This document shows, piece by piece, positions 11,301 through 19,822 of a stretch of 64,000 nt of DNA (positions within the stretch are counted from its first letter, which is position 1; the number at the start of each line of letters is the position of its first letter). Below the pieces are notes generated by a model, which searched no databases, had not been told where the DNA came from, and was given only the letters and a program-made list of their open reading frames with translations. The stretch lies in assembly GCA_033763315.1 (NCBI GenBank), contig JANRKS010000019.1, positions 128,001 to 192,000 on the forward strand, read 5' to 3'. A program made the translations under genes and the position numbers. Origin of the DNA: Deltaproteobacteria bacterium. GTDB taxonomy: Bacteria; Myxococcota_A; Polyangia; Fen-1088.

Positions 11301-12460
11301 ACGGTGTCTTCGTCGTCGCAGGTGCCATCGCAATCGCATTTGGGCACCACAATCGAACTTGTGATGATGTCGCCCAGCCGCGCCGTGAGCTGGCTGCGAT
11401 CGTTGGCCACCAACGCCGCGGTGGTACCGCCAGCGTTCGCGATGGTGTTCAAGGTGGCATCGTTGACGTTGAAGCCGATGACGTAGGTCTTCACGCCTTT
11501 GGCAGCGAGCGCCGCGGCCGCTTGGCGCGCGCCCTCCGCGCGATCCGCTGCCCGAACGTCACAGCTTTCGATGCCGTCAGTGATAAGGATGACATTGTAG
11601 GAGCGGCAGGAACGTCGAGCATCACGTGAAAGGATGCCCGGCAGCGTTCCTACGCTGGTGGCGGACGTGAGATCCATCCAATGAAGCGCCGCCGTTAGAG
11701 AGCCCGCGATAGGCGTCGAGCCAAGCGCTCTGAGTTCCTTGTTTGTGCCAGCGGGATATGTTTCTTGCCCGTCCATCCACGACAGAAGTTCGTCGTAATT
11801 CGAAGAGGATTCGGGGAATGGCACAACAACGTCCGCACCATCACAGCCCGGATACGCGCAGTCGCTTTTGTTGTCTCCTGCGGTGGGGCATTCAATGCCT
11901 GCGGCGTATGTGTCGACTCGGGTATCAGCGCCATTCGCACAACGAATGCAGCCGTTTGTTGTGGCAGCACCGCCGGCACACTCCTTGTAGCACTGGTACC
12001 AGTTGTTGCATCCTCTGGTGTGTTGAATGGCGCAGTAGCCCTCGGGGCCGCACGTCCATGCCTGATCGATGGGTGCGTACGGATAGTAGTAGCGCCAATC
12101 GCTCATGGCGGTGCCTGAAGGCGGTGCACAGTCGAGATTGGTTGTGCAGGCCTTTTTCCATTCAAAGGTCCGATAGCGGGCCAGTGCGAATTCAGCGACG
12201 CCAAACGCAGATATCGTGTCGCTCAGGGCTTGCTTTGCTTGAAAGAGGCGGCTGTCGTCGTAACTGCTGTTGTTATCCAGATCGCAACCGGGGTGACGAG
12301 ACGAACCATCCCCGTGGGTTTCAATGCCCCCGGAAGTCAGGCTCATCGAGCCCGACGTATCGACGATGATCAAAAACCGCGGTTTGATCGGCGCAGCTTG
12401 TGCTGCCGAGGCGGCGACCAGTACCCACATACCCACTACGTAAGCGAAGAATTTCGTCAT
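8318..12460 (-). CDS. Giant surface protein: signal peptide, VWA domain, about 12 MopE-like Cys repeats, Cys-rich tail, MYXO-CTERM-like sorting signal
   Basis: MIDAS 'DTSGSM' and 'ILITDG'; repeats; C-terminus 'SGGGLTNCTC...WAMVILGAAAAFRLKRRRR'; start moved to ATG 12460 (MTKFF). Confidence 0.85.
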   Translation of the reverse strand: MTKFFAYVVGMWVLVAASAAQAAPIKPRFLIIVDTSGSMSLTSGGIETHGDGSSRHPGCDLDNNSSYDDSRLFQAKQALSDTISAFGVAEFALARYRTFEWKKACTTNLDCAPPSGTAMSDWRYYYPYAPIDQAWTCGPEGYCAIQHTRGCNNWYQCYKECAGGAATTNGCIRCANGADTRVDTYAAGIECPTAGDNKSDCAYPGCDGADVVVPFPESSSNYDELLSWMDGQETYPAGTNKELRALGSTPIAGSLTAALHWMDLTSATSVGTLPGILSRDARRSCRSYNVILITDGIESCDVRAADRAEGARQAAAALAAKGVKTYVIGFNVNDATLNTIANAGGTTAALVANDRSQLTARLGDIITSSIVVPKCDCDGTCDDEDTVYTQKGKTCSVGLGRCKRTGVYACSPDGSGVRCTDPAALVCSGNSLTEGTPVTEVCGAAPNCPAGLSATDCADDDCDGQIDEGLNCACAQKIEICNNKDDNCNGQTDEGIAQVACGLNIGECKAGLTKCETGNTTCVNATGPTDEVCDNKDNNCDGVTDGFGESCYPAATAGCSYNGSQWTCAGACQPGNRVCTAGAFSSCSGSVVPATEVPCDGLDNDCDGMTDEGFGLGSACGAGISGVGVCRPGTYQCQSGGVVCVGGQGPSEEVCNNLDDDCDGVVDSPLGSCGNALGECKLGQYQCQGTTKVCVQPNGPKPEVCDNKDNDCDGLIDNNLTENQYKTPTACSAAVGVCKPGVWKCVGGQPFCEGGVLPGQEVCNNVDDDCDGCIDCDPTCLANLSKMCPIPGSGQTCGFNVGECKAGSLLCVAGMIKCVNATNPTPELCDGKDNNCDGFTDETDPNLGTQCYPVGGVGCNAALMTCQGECRLGARICQAQANGATLGCVNPVLPAAETCDTKDNDCDGQTDEDFDVGQDCDNGAAGKCFAKGKRICNGRGNGTTCSVQPPDISDEICDGIDNDCDGKIDTEDTDKPLPGVGLPCGSNVGECKVGITQCFAGKLLCTAKEPTAEICDGLDNDCDGSVDEDLTAPGPECVPKGLDPKAPIVGECKAGKYACAKGQDGLWGWQCREAVGPQPELCDGKDNNCDGVADNMAECPADNKCIEGECVPPCGTGEFSCTADRLCKEGYCVKNVCANVKCPVGSTCDSTGNCVDRCLGVNCAPGFVCTNGLCFDCQTLGCPAGQLCRAHVCEVDKCAGVVCGDKTYCRAGQCVKDCFGITCPAGQSCREGTCGADPCANVACARGEVCDPTTKVCRPSQCAIIQCMAGLRCVEALGTCQIDPCLDLKCPGGTRCELTTDGFPLCVLPPDQTPPTEAPPSDKIATSGGGLTNCTCRIGSATDTSTAGGTWAMVILGAAAAFRLKRRRRQQSRAQAEVSR

Positions 12461-12584
12461 CGGCACGAACCCTGTTAGCAGTGCTCTTTTGCTTCCGGAA
12501 GGTTGCGAAAATCGCAGCCTTGCCGGCGCGCAGAATACCGAAGAGGGTTGGCGTATGTAAACGGAATCGCGATGGTTTGTGGGC

Positions 12585-12624
12585 AAAACGAAACGGACCT
12601 AACGTGTCTTTCGTGAGGTCCGTT
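12585..12624 (-). terminator. Probable intrinsic terminator after the GGDEF gene
   Basis: Stem AACGGACCT/AGGTCCGTT followed on the minus strand by TCGTTTTG. Confidence 0.55.
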
Positions 12625-12676
12625 CGCACCAAGTGTGCGGCATCTGACAACAGATGCTGTTTGCTTACATTGTGAA

Positions 12677-13372
12677 CTAGCGGCGGCGATCGTCAGAACA
12701 AACATCATCCGCGTAGGCGATCGCCTTGAGCGTCCGCCCTGCTTTTTGCCGGCGTTTATCGGCATACATCGCAACATCGGCTGTGCGCACGAGCGCCTCC
12801 GCCAGCAGTCCCGCTTCGGGGCAGCAAGCCGTACCTAAGCTCATGCCTACCGATTCCTTGCGGTGTTTGTTCGCTTCGGCAAGGCCGTCACGCAACCGCG
12901 TTTCAACGATGTGTGCTTGGGCCGAGCCGCAGTCAGGCAAGATCAATCCAAATTCATCACCGCCTAGGCGGCACACGAGATCATGAGCGCGGGTGGTGCT
13001 TTGAAGAAAGCGCGCCACCCATCGCAGCAAGGTGTCACCCGCTGCGTGGCCTTCGCCGTCGTTCACCAGCTTGAGGTCATTCACATCCACCAAGATAAGG
13101 CTGAACGTGTAGTCCAACTTGCGGCGCGCGCGTGAGATCTCCTCGCTGAGGCGCTCGTCGAAATAGCGGCGGTTCCACAAGCCGGTCAGCGGATCGCGGT
13201 AGGCGAGGGCGCGAAACGATTGCAACTCGGCCAACTCCTGCCGCAAAAGCTTGTTCTCCGAAAGCAGGCTTTCGAGCGTCAGTTGCAGGTCGGCGCGGGG
13301 CAAGGCTCCGCGTTCAAAAGCCGTCTCAGAAATGGTTGGAATTTCGATGGTGCTTTCAGCGAGGGCTTTCAT
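12677..13372 (-). CDS. Diguanylate cyclase (short coiled coil plus GGDEF domain)
   Basis: 'DPLTGLWNRR', RxxD I-site (RAHD), intact GGDEF. Confidence 0.93.
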   Translation of the reverse strand: MKALAESTIEIPTISETAFERGALPRADLQLTLESLLSENKLLRQELAELQSFRALAYRDPLTGLWNRRYFDERLSEEISRARRKLDYTFSLILVDVNDLKLVNDGEGHAAGDTLLRWVARFLQSTTRAHDLVCRLGGDEFGLILPDCGSAQAHIVETRLRDGLAEANKHRKESVGMSLGTACCPEAGLLAEALVRTADVAMYADKRRQKAGRTLKAIAYADDVCSDDRRR

Positions 13373-13404
13373 AAAGTTTCCTTTTCGTGACCGTATTGGA
13401 ATAC

Positions 13405-13421
13405 AGCAAAGCCGATGCCAA
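13405..13421 (-). promoter_or_regulatory. Sigma54 (-24/-12) promoter of the GGDEF gene
   Basis: Minus strand TTGGCATCGGCTTTGCT = GG-N10-GC, about 30 nt upstream of the ATG. Confidence 0.75.
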
Positions 13422-13576
13422 CTTGCAAAGCGACGTCATTTCGATGGTTTACGCCTTCGGTCTGGCGGGGGTGTCAGATTTATGAATGGTCCTGCGCGTC
13501 AGACGTGACGAAGTCGACACGGTTCTGACGCTGCCTCCCCGCGTGACAGTGCGCGTTGACGCGATACTATCCCCTG

Positions 13577-14068
13577 ATGCAGATCGAACCCGGCAAGGTG
13601 GTCACCCTCAGCTTCGACCTTTGTGACGAACGAGGAGAGATCATCGAGGCCTCCGACATCACAGGTGCCGTCTCCTTCGTTCACGGCAAAGGCGCCATCA
13701 TTCCCGGTTTGGATAAACGCCTCATCGGCATGACCGCGGGCAGTGAAGCCGACTTCACTTTTCCACCCGCCGAAGCGTTCGGCGTTCCCGAAGCGGCGCC
13801 AAAGAAGGTGATCAGCCGCAAGGAATTTCCAGCCGATGCGAAGCTGGCACCGGGTGCCGTTTTCGAGGCTGGCATTCCTGGCGGCCAGAAGATCAACCTT
13901 GTGGTCGATGAGGCTGACTCCGAGCAAGTGACAGTGCGCATGGTGCACCCCTTGGCTGGCCAAACCGTAAGGATGAGCGTGAAGGTTGTGGGCGTTCGTG
14001 ACGCCACGCCGGCCGAGCTTGAGACGGGCAAAGTCATCAAGCGCCCGCCTCCTCCGCCCAAGCGTTAA
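13577..14068 (+). CDS. slyD: SlyD-like FKBP-type peptidyl-prolyl isomerase
   Basis: 'FVHGKGAIIPGL', 'PAEAFG', 'HPLAGQT...VRDATPAEL'; start ATG 13577. Confidence 0.85.
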   Translation: MQIEPGKVVTLSFDLCDERGEIIEASDITGAVSFVHGKGAIIPGLDKRLIGMTAGSEADFTFPPAEAFGVPEAAPKKVISRKEFPADAKLAPGAVFEAGIPGGQKINLVVDEADSEQVTVRMVHPLAGQTVRMSVKVVGVRDATPAELETGKVIKRPPPPPKR

Positions 14069-15720
14069 AGCCCCGCGCGGCCCAACATGTGGGCCACCCG
14101 TTGATCGATGGTGTGTGACCCCAACACGGCGGCGCGTGTGCGGGTGGCGATTTTTTGTGCAGCGACCGGGTTGCGAAGGTAGTGCTGCGTTTTTTCGGCC
14201 AATTCATCGAACGAGCGGTGGCATTCGATGTCTTCACCGACGCGAAACGCCTGATCGAGCGCGGGCGACCATTCGGCCAACAAGAAGCCACCACACGCAG
14301 CGATGTCGAACACACGCATCGTGACGATGTCGGCTTGGTACACCCGGCCCACATCAACGTTCACAGCGCTGGCGTTGTAGATCTTTGTTATGTCCACCAT
14401 ATGCCCGGCTTGGCCGCGGTAGCTTGCTTGATGACCAGGCGCAACGGCATCCATCAAACGCCAGCCTTCATCGCCCCACACCCACATGCCCATGGGTCCC
14501 AAAGCAGCCATGTATCGCAGGCGCTTTTCGGAGGCGGCTATCTCGGCCGCGGCCTGCACGGCCGTTCCTGATGCGGCGGTGCTGAGGCCAGGGCACACTT
14601 GCTCAAGCGCCGCTGCCACCACCAACTGGTTGGGTGACCTCCTTTGCGCGGCCAGCGCGTGTTCAAGCCACGCCGTGGCTTGCGGCGGGTGGGGATCCTC
14701 GCTTGCCAAGTGGCGCGCCACCACGGCATCGAAGGCGGCCCGAAAGCGCGGGATTTCAAGGCCGATGCTCGATCCCACAAACGTGGGCCGGCCGGCGCCC
14801 CAGTTTTGTTGTTCCGCCGCGTCCATGGTCAAAGGGGCGCGGCGCTGCGGGTTTGCGGCCAAAGGCAGGTACTCCACGTGTTCAAACCCTGCGCGCTTGA
14901 ACAAGTCCACGTGTGCCTCGCGGTAGGTGAACACAAACGTCTGTGACGTGGCTGTTTGGCAAGGCGGCAACGCGCTGGTGCTGGGATCCACCTCCCAACA
15001 CAGCAGGGGCAATTGGCATTGCTCGCAAAATTCGGCCAACCCTTCAGTGTAATTGACGGCCGCCAACAGCCGCGGGCGCGCCGTTTGAACGGCAAAGGCA
15101 ACTTCATCCGTGGCCACCGCGTGCAAGTCGATGATGAACACCGAGAAGCCCCTGTTCCACAGGCTGTGCGCCAAATCGTCCACGAACAGGCCACCCTTAG
15201 CCACGAACGCCAGCTGGTTCATAGGGCTGGTGATCAACTTGCGCTCGTTTTCATAAAGCTGACCCAAGACCGGATGAACCACGAGGGAAGACGTGGCCAA
15301 GGCGGCGCGCTCGGAAATGAGATCCACGCCCATCAGCAGACGCAAGCGGCCCGCGCGCAGCGGCTCAACCAGATCCGCGGTGCCCAAGAACAGCCGCATC
15401 AGCCAGGGATCCCTGTCCCAGGCGTAAACCACGCCACTGTTTTGTTGCAACAGGGCCAACACCAGGTGCGGGTCGCCCAGCCCCAACACGGCAACGCGAG
15501 GTTGCGCCAGGCCCGGTGTCAGCGCTTGCCCGCGGGCTTGGTCGTCAAGCTGCAAAGGCAACCAACGCTGATGCCAGCGGTAGTGCCAGGCGCCGTCCTC
15601 ACCGATGCCCACGTGATCGCCATTGACCGGCCACGTGATTCGTTCGGCCAAGGTCGGCGCCACATGCGCCAGCGCCTGCACGTTCGCCGCTAAATAAGAG
15701 CCTGGGGCCACCACGTTCAT
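14065..15720 (-). CDS. Glycosyltransferase, CgeB/DUF3880-like GT-B C-terminus
   Basis: 'YLPLAANP', 'MRVFDIAACGGFLL', 'HTIDQRV' motifs; start MNVVAP at ATG 15720 (longer ORF overlaps the divergent HAD gene). Confidence 0.75.
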   Translation of the reverse strand: MNVVAPGSYLAANVQALAHVAPTLAERITWPVNGDHVGIGEDGAWHYRWHQRWLPLQLDDQARGQALTPGLAQPRVAVLGLGDPHLVLALLQQNSGVVYAWDRDPWLMRLFLGTADLVEPLRAGRLRLLMGVDLISERAALATSSLVVHPVLGQLYENERKLITSPMNQLAFVAKGGLFVDDLAHSLWNRGFSVFIIDLHAVATDEVAFAVQTARPRLLAAVNYTEGLAEFCEQCQLPLLCWEVDPSTSALPPCQTATSQTFVFTYREAHVDLFKRAGFEHVEYLPLAANPQRRAPLTMDAAEQQNWGAGRPTFVGSSIGLEIPRFRAAFDAVVARHLASEDPHPPQATAWLEHALAAQRRSPNQLVVAAALEQVCPGLSTAASGTAVQAAAEIAASEKRLRYMAALGPMGMWVWGDEGWRLMDAVAPGHQASYRGQAGHMVDITKIYNASAVNVDVGRVYQADIVTMRVFDIAACGGFLLAEWSPALDQAFRVGEDIECHRSFDELAEKTQHYLRNPVAAQKIATRTRAAVLGSHTIDQRVAHMLGRAGL

Positions 15721-15766
15721 CGTTGTCAGTGTGGCGGATTTAGGCAGCTGTGTATACTGCGCGCCT

Positions 15767-16432
15767 ATGGCGCTACAGGCGGTTCTTTTCGACTTAGACG
15801 GAACGTTGATCGACTCTGAGCGCGACAACATCGAATCGGTGGTCATGGCCATGCGTAAGCTGGGCAAAACCTTGACCCAGGACGAACGAGATTTCGTGAT
15901 AGGCCATTCGTGGCGCGACATCTACGACATGCTGGTGCGCAACCACGGGATTGCGGTGCCCATGGGTGATCTGATCAACATCGCTGTGGATGAGAAACAA
16001 TCGCTCATTGAGGCCCACGGGTTTCGCGTTCTGCCGGGCGCGGTGGAGTTGGTGCGCCGCTTGGCGGAACGCGGGGTGCCACTGGCCATTGCGTCGGGCT
16101 CAAGCCGCCGCGAGGTGCACGAAGCCATCCACGGCATCGGCTTGGCGCCGCACTTTCGCGTGCTTTTGGGGGCCGAAGATTATGCCCCTGGCAAACCCGA
16201 TCCGGCGCCCTATCTGGCGGCCATGAAGGCGCTGGGGGTGGGACCCGCAGGGTGCGTGGTGATCGAAGACGCGTTGCCTGGCGTCAGGGCGGGAAAGGCG
16301 GCGGGGGCGGCCGTGGTGGGCGTGCAAGAAGGCAATTTCGCCGGCTACGACTTGTCCGAAGCGCATCTGGTGGTGCAAAAACTCACCGATGTGACAGACG
16401 CGGTTTTCGACCAAGTCCTCACACTGCGCTAA
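15767..16432 (+). CDS. HAD-superfamily phosphatase (beta-PGM/CbbY-like)
   Basis: Motif I 'FDLDGTLIDS', 'GKPDPAPY', 'VIEDALPG'. Confidence 0.9.
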   Translation: MALQAVLFDLDGTLIDSERDNIESVVMAMRKLGKTLTQDERDFVIGHSWRDIYDMLVRNHGIAVPMGDLINIAVDEKQSLIEAHGFRVLPGAVELVRRLAERGVPLAIASGSSRREVHEAIHGIGLAPHFRVLLGAEDYAPGKPDPAPYLAAMKALGVGPAGCVVIEDALPGVRAGKAAGAAVVGVQEGNFAGYDLSEAHLVVQKLTDVTDAVFDQVLTLR

Positions 16433-16452
16433 GCTAAAAGGGAGGCGCGCAC

Positions 16453-17388
16453 ATGCTTGAGCGATTGCCCCCTGACGTGACGATCTACGAAGTGGGCCCG
16501 CGGGACGGTCTGCAAAACGAATCCCGGTTGATTCCCACAGCCAGCAAGGTGCAACTCATCAACGCCTTGTCGGGCACAGGCTTGCGCGCGATCGAAGTCA
16601 CCAGCTTCGTGAATCCCAAGTGGATCCCACAGTTGGCCGATGCCGCCGAAGTGGCTCGCCAGATCGAACGCGTTCCCGGCGTGACGTATTCGGCTTTGGT
16701 GCCGAACCACAAAGGCTTGGAGTCGGCGATTGCGGTGCAGATGCCGGAGATCGCCGTGTTTTTATCGGCGTCTGAAACGCACAACAAGAAGAACGTCAAC
16801 AAGACGATCGATGAAACGTTGATGGCGTTTCGTGAAACCATTCCCCCGGCACTTGCGCACGGCATGCGCGTGCGTGCGTATGTTTCAACGGTGTATGGCT
16901 GCCCCTATGAAGGCGCCGTGGATCCGAACAAGGCGGTGCAGTTGTGCCGCGAGTTGCGGGCCTTGGGCTGCTATCAGATCTCGCTGGGCGATACGATCGG
17001 CGTGGCGAACCCGAAGCAAACGCGCGATGTGCTGGCGCGCGTGTTGGCGGAGCATCCCGCTGACGCGGTGGCCGTACATTTTCATGACACGCGCGGCACG
17101 GCGTTGGCCAACATCTTGGTTGCGGTGGAAATGGGCATCACCACCGTTGATTCGGCGTTGGGGGGGCTGGGTGGTTGCCCCTATGCACCGGGCGCTTCAG
17201 GCAATGTGGCCACCGAAGACGTGATTTACATGCTTGAAGGCATGGGCATAAACACCGGCGTGAACTTGGATGGGCTGGTGGCGTGTTCGGAGTTGGCCAC
17301 CTCCTTGATCGGCCACGATGTGCCGTCGAAGTATTACCGCGCGGCGATCGGGGCGAGGCAACGCTCGCGCCGTCACAGCTCGGGTTAG
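16453..17388 (+). CDS. hmgL: Hydroxymethylglutaryl-CoA lyase
   Basis: 'EVGPRDGLQNE', 'HFHDTRG', 'GGCPYAPGASGNVATED'. Confidence 0.93.
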   Translation: MLERLPPDVTIYEVGPRDGLQNESRLIPTASKVQLINALSGTGLRAIEVTSFVNPKWIPQLADAAEVARQIERVPGVTYSALVPNHKGLESAIAVQMPEIAVFLSASETHNKKNVNKTIDETLMAFRETIPPALAHGMRVRAYVSTVYGCPYEGAVDPNKAVQLCRELRALGCYQISLGDTIGVANPKQTRDVLARVLAEHPADAVAVHFHDTRGTALANILVAVEMGITTVDSALGGLGGCPYAPGASGNVATEDVIYMLEGMGINTGVNLDGLVACSELATSLIGHDVPSKYYRAAIGARQRSRRHSSG

Positions 17389-17409
17389 CAATAAACGGGA
17401 GCGTTCTTC

Positions 17410-18216
17410 GTGTCAGAATTCTTGGATTCCTTTGGCCCCACAAGCGCTGTGACTGTGGCCGTTCAGGACGGCGTGGCGGTGTTGACCTTGAACCGCCCGG
17501 ACGCCCGCAACGCTTTGTCGAAAGACGTGGTGGCGCGAGGGCAGGCGGCGCTGGATGTGTTGAGCGCCGATTCGGCGGTGCGCTGTGTGGTGGTCACCGG
17601 CGCCGGCGACAAGGCTTTTTGTGCAGGCGCCGACCTCAAAGAACGTTTGGCCATGTCGCTTGAGCAGACGCGCGCCTTCTTGGATGCGTTGGGAGGTTTT
17701 TGCAACACACTGGCCGCCTTCCGTGTGCCGACGATCGCCACCATCAATGGAGTGGCCTTCGGTGGCGGGCTTGAACTGGCGCTTTGCTGCGACATGCGTT
17801 TGGCGGCCACTTCGGCCGTTGTGGGTTTGCCCGAAGTGAAGTTGGGCATCATTCCTGGCGCTGGGGGCACGCAACGTTTGGCGCGCGCTTGTGGCATGGC
17901 CGTGGCCAAAAGCTTGATTCTCACAGGCCGCAAGATCGATGCAGAGCAAGCGTTGCGTTTGGGTGTGGTTTCCGAGGTGGTGCCCAACGGCTCACTCGCG
18001 CAGCACGCGCTGGCCTGGGCCAAAGATGTGGTGGAGGCGGGGCCATTGGCGGTGGCCACGGCAAAGCAGGCGATCGAAGAAGGTTGGGGCCAGCCTATGC
18101 CCGAAGCGTTGGCCACCGAGCGGCGCTGTTATGAGGTGGTGTTGGCCAGCCACGATCGGCAAGAGGGCCTGCGCGCCTTCGTCGAAAAGCGCACAGCCAA
18201 ATATACCGGTCAGTGA
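17410..18216 (+). CDS. Enoyl-CoA hydratase (probable methylglutaconyl-CoA hydratase)
   Basis: 'AFCAGADLKER', 'GGGLELALCCD', 'PGAGGTQRL'; between hmgL and a carboxyltransferase. Confidence 0.88.
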   Translation: MSEFLDSFGPTSAVTVAVQDGVAVLTLNRPDARNALSKDVVARGQAALDVLSADSAVRCVVVTGAGDKAFCAGADLKERLAMSLEQTRAFLDALGGFCNTLAAFRVPTIATINGVAFGGGLELALCCDMRLAATSAVVGLPEVKLGIIPGAGGTQRLARACGMAVAKSLILTGRKIDAEQALRLGVVSEVVPNGSLAQHALAWAKDVVEAGPLAVATAKQAIEEGWGQPMPEALATERRCYEVVLASHDRQEGLRAFVEKRTAKYTGQ

Positions 18217-18265
18217 GCGCGGCGTTCGTTTCGGTTTGGCGCCAGGTGAATTAGGATAAAGGAGC

Positions 18266-19798
18266 ATGAGCTCCCGAGAAAAAATCGCCAAACTGTCGGC
18301 TTCCATTAAACGCGGTGGCGCGGCCAAATACCACGAGGCCAACGCCAGCAAAGGCAAGAAGTTTTGCCGCGAGCGTATCGCCTTGTTGTGCGACGACGGC
18401 GGAAAAGACTTTGTGGAAGATGGTTTGTTTGCCAACGCCACGGCAGCAGATCTGCCTGCTGATGGCGTGGTCACGGGCATCGGCAAGGTTCATGGCCGGC
18501 CGGTGGCGATCATGGCCAACGATTCAACGATCAAAGCGGGCTCGTGGGGGGCGCGTACGGTCGAGAAGATCCTGCGCATTCAAGAAACCGCGGGGCGGTT
18601 GCGCATTCCGCTGCTTTACCTGGTGGATTCGGCCGGCGCTCGCATCACGGATCAGATCGATATGTTTCCGGGCCGCCGGCACGCGGGGCGCATCTTTCGC
18701 AACCAAGTGAAACTTTCGGGGGCGATCCCGCAAATCTGTTTGTTGTTCGGCCCCTCCGCTGCGGGGGGCGCCTACATCCCCGCGTTTTGTGATGTGGTGT
18801 TTATGGTGGATGGCAACGCATCGATGTATCTGGGCTCGCCGCGGATGGCGGAGATGGTGATCGGTGAAAAGGTGTCGTTGGAAGATATGGGTGGCGCTCG
18901 CATGCACTGCTCCGTTTCGGGCTGCGGCGATCTTCTGGCGGCCAACGAAGACGAATGCTTGGCGGCCGCGCGCCACTATCTCAGTTATTTGCCGAACAAT
19001 TCGGATGTGGGTCCCGCGTTGGCGCCGCCCAGCGCGCCCGCCTCAGACAAGCGCATCGATGACCTTTTGCCTGAAAAAGAAAATCAGGCCTTCGATATGT
19101 ATGCGCTCATTGACACTCTGGTGGATGGCGGCAGCTTCTTCGAGATCAAGAAGCTGTTTGCCCGCGAAATGATCACCGGCTTTGCGCGGTTGGGCGGACG
19201 AACGATCGGCGTGGTGGCAAACCAACCGAAATGGAAGGGAGGCGTGTTGTTTGTGGACTCGGCAGACAAGGCGGCACGCTTTGTGTGGCTGTGCGATGCG
19301 TTCCGCATACCGTTGCTGTTCCTGGCCGACGTTCCCGGCTTTATGATCGGCAAGGCCGTTGAACGGCAAGGCATCATTCGTCACGGTGCCAAAATGATTT
19401 CGGCCATTTCGGATGCCACTGTGCCCAAGCTGAGCGTGATTGTGCGCAAGGCGTACGGCGCGGGCCTTTACGCGATGTGTGGCCCTGCGTTCGACGCCGA
19501 CGCGACGATCGCTTTGCCGCAAGCCATGATCGCGGTGATGGGCGCCGAGGCCGCGGTGAATGCGGTTTACGCAAACAAGGTGGCCGAGAAGCCCGAAGCA
19601 GAACGGCAGGCGTTTGTTGAGCAGTTGCGTACGCAATACCGCGAAGACATCGACATCGTCAAACTGGCGTCCGAGCTTCACATCGACGCCATCATTGAGG
19701 GCGATCAGTTGCGCGCCGAACTGATGCAACGCTTTGAATACACCGCCACGAAAGAAGACGGCGGTTACCGGCGGCGCCACCCGGTGCTGCCGGTGTAG
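18266..19798 (+). CDS. Acyl-CoA carboxylase carboxyltransferase subunit (MCC beta/YngE-like)
   Basis: 'LVDSAGARI', 'SAAGGAYIPA', 'DVPGFMIG', 'RKAYGAG'. Confidence 0.9.
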   Translation: MSSREKIAKLSASIKRGGAAKYHEANASKGKKFCRERIALLCDDGGKDFVEDGLFANATAADLPADGVVTGIGKVHGRPVAIMANDSTIKAGSWGARTVEKILRIQETAGRLRIPLLYLVDSAGARITDQIDMFPGRRHAGRIFRNQVKLSGAIPQICLLFGPSAAGGAYIPAFCDVVFMVDGNASMYLGSPRMAEMVIGEKVSLEDMGGARMHCSVSGCGDLLAANEDECLAAARHYLSYLPNNSDVGPALAPPSAPASDKRIDDLLPEKENQAFDMYALIDTLVDGGSFFEIKKLFAREMITGFARLGGRTIGVVANQPKWKGGVLFVDSADKAARFVWLCDAFRIPLLFLADVPGFMIGKAVERQGIIRHGAKMISAISDATVPKLSVIVRKAYGAGLYAMCGPAFDADATIALPQAMIAVMGAEAAVNAVYANKVAEKPEAERQAFVEQLRTQYREDIDIVKLASELHIDAIIEGDQLRAELMQRFEYTATKEDGGYRRRHPVLPV

Positions 19799-19822
19799 CA
19801 AACAGTCTGCTAAGCCTTCGCC

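Noticed and set aside
12560-12660. c-di-GMP riboswitch between the GGDEF gene and the adhesin operon
   Set aside because: The GGGCAAA...GAAA resemblance is on the antisense strand and lacks the rest of the GEMM motif; the hairpin fits a terminator better
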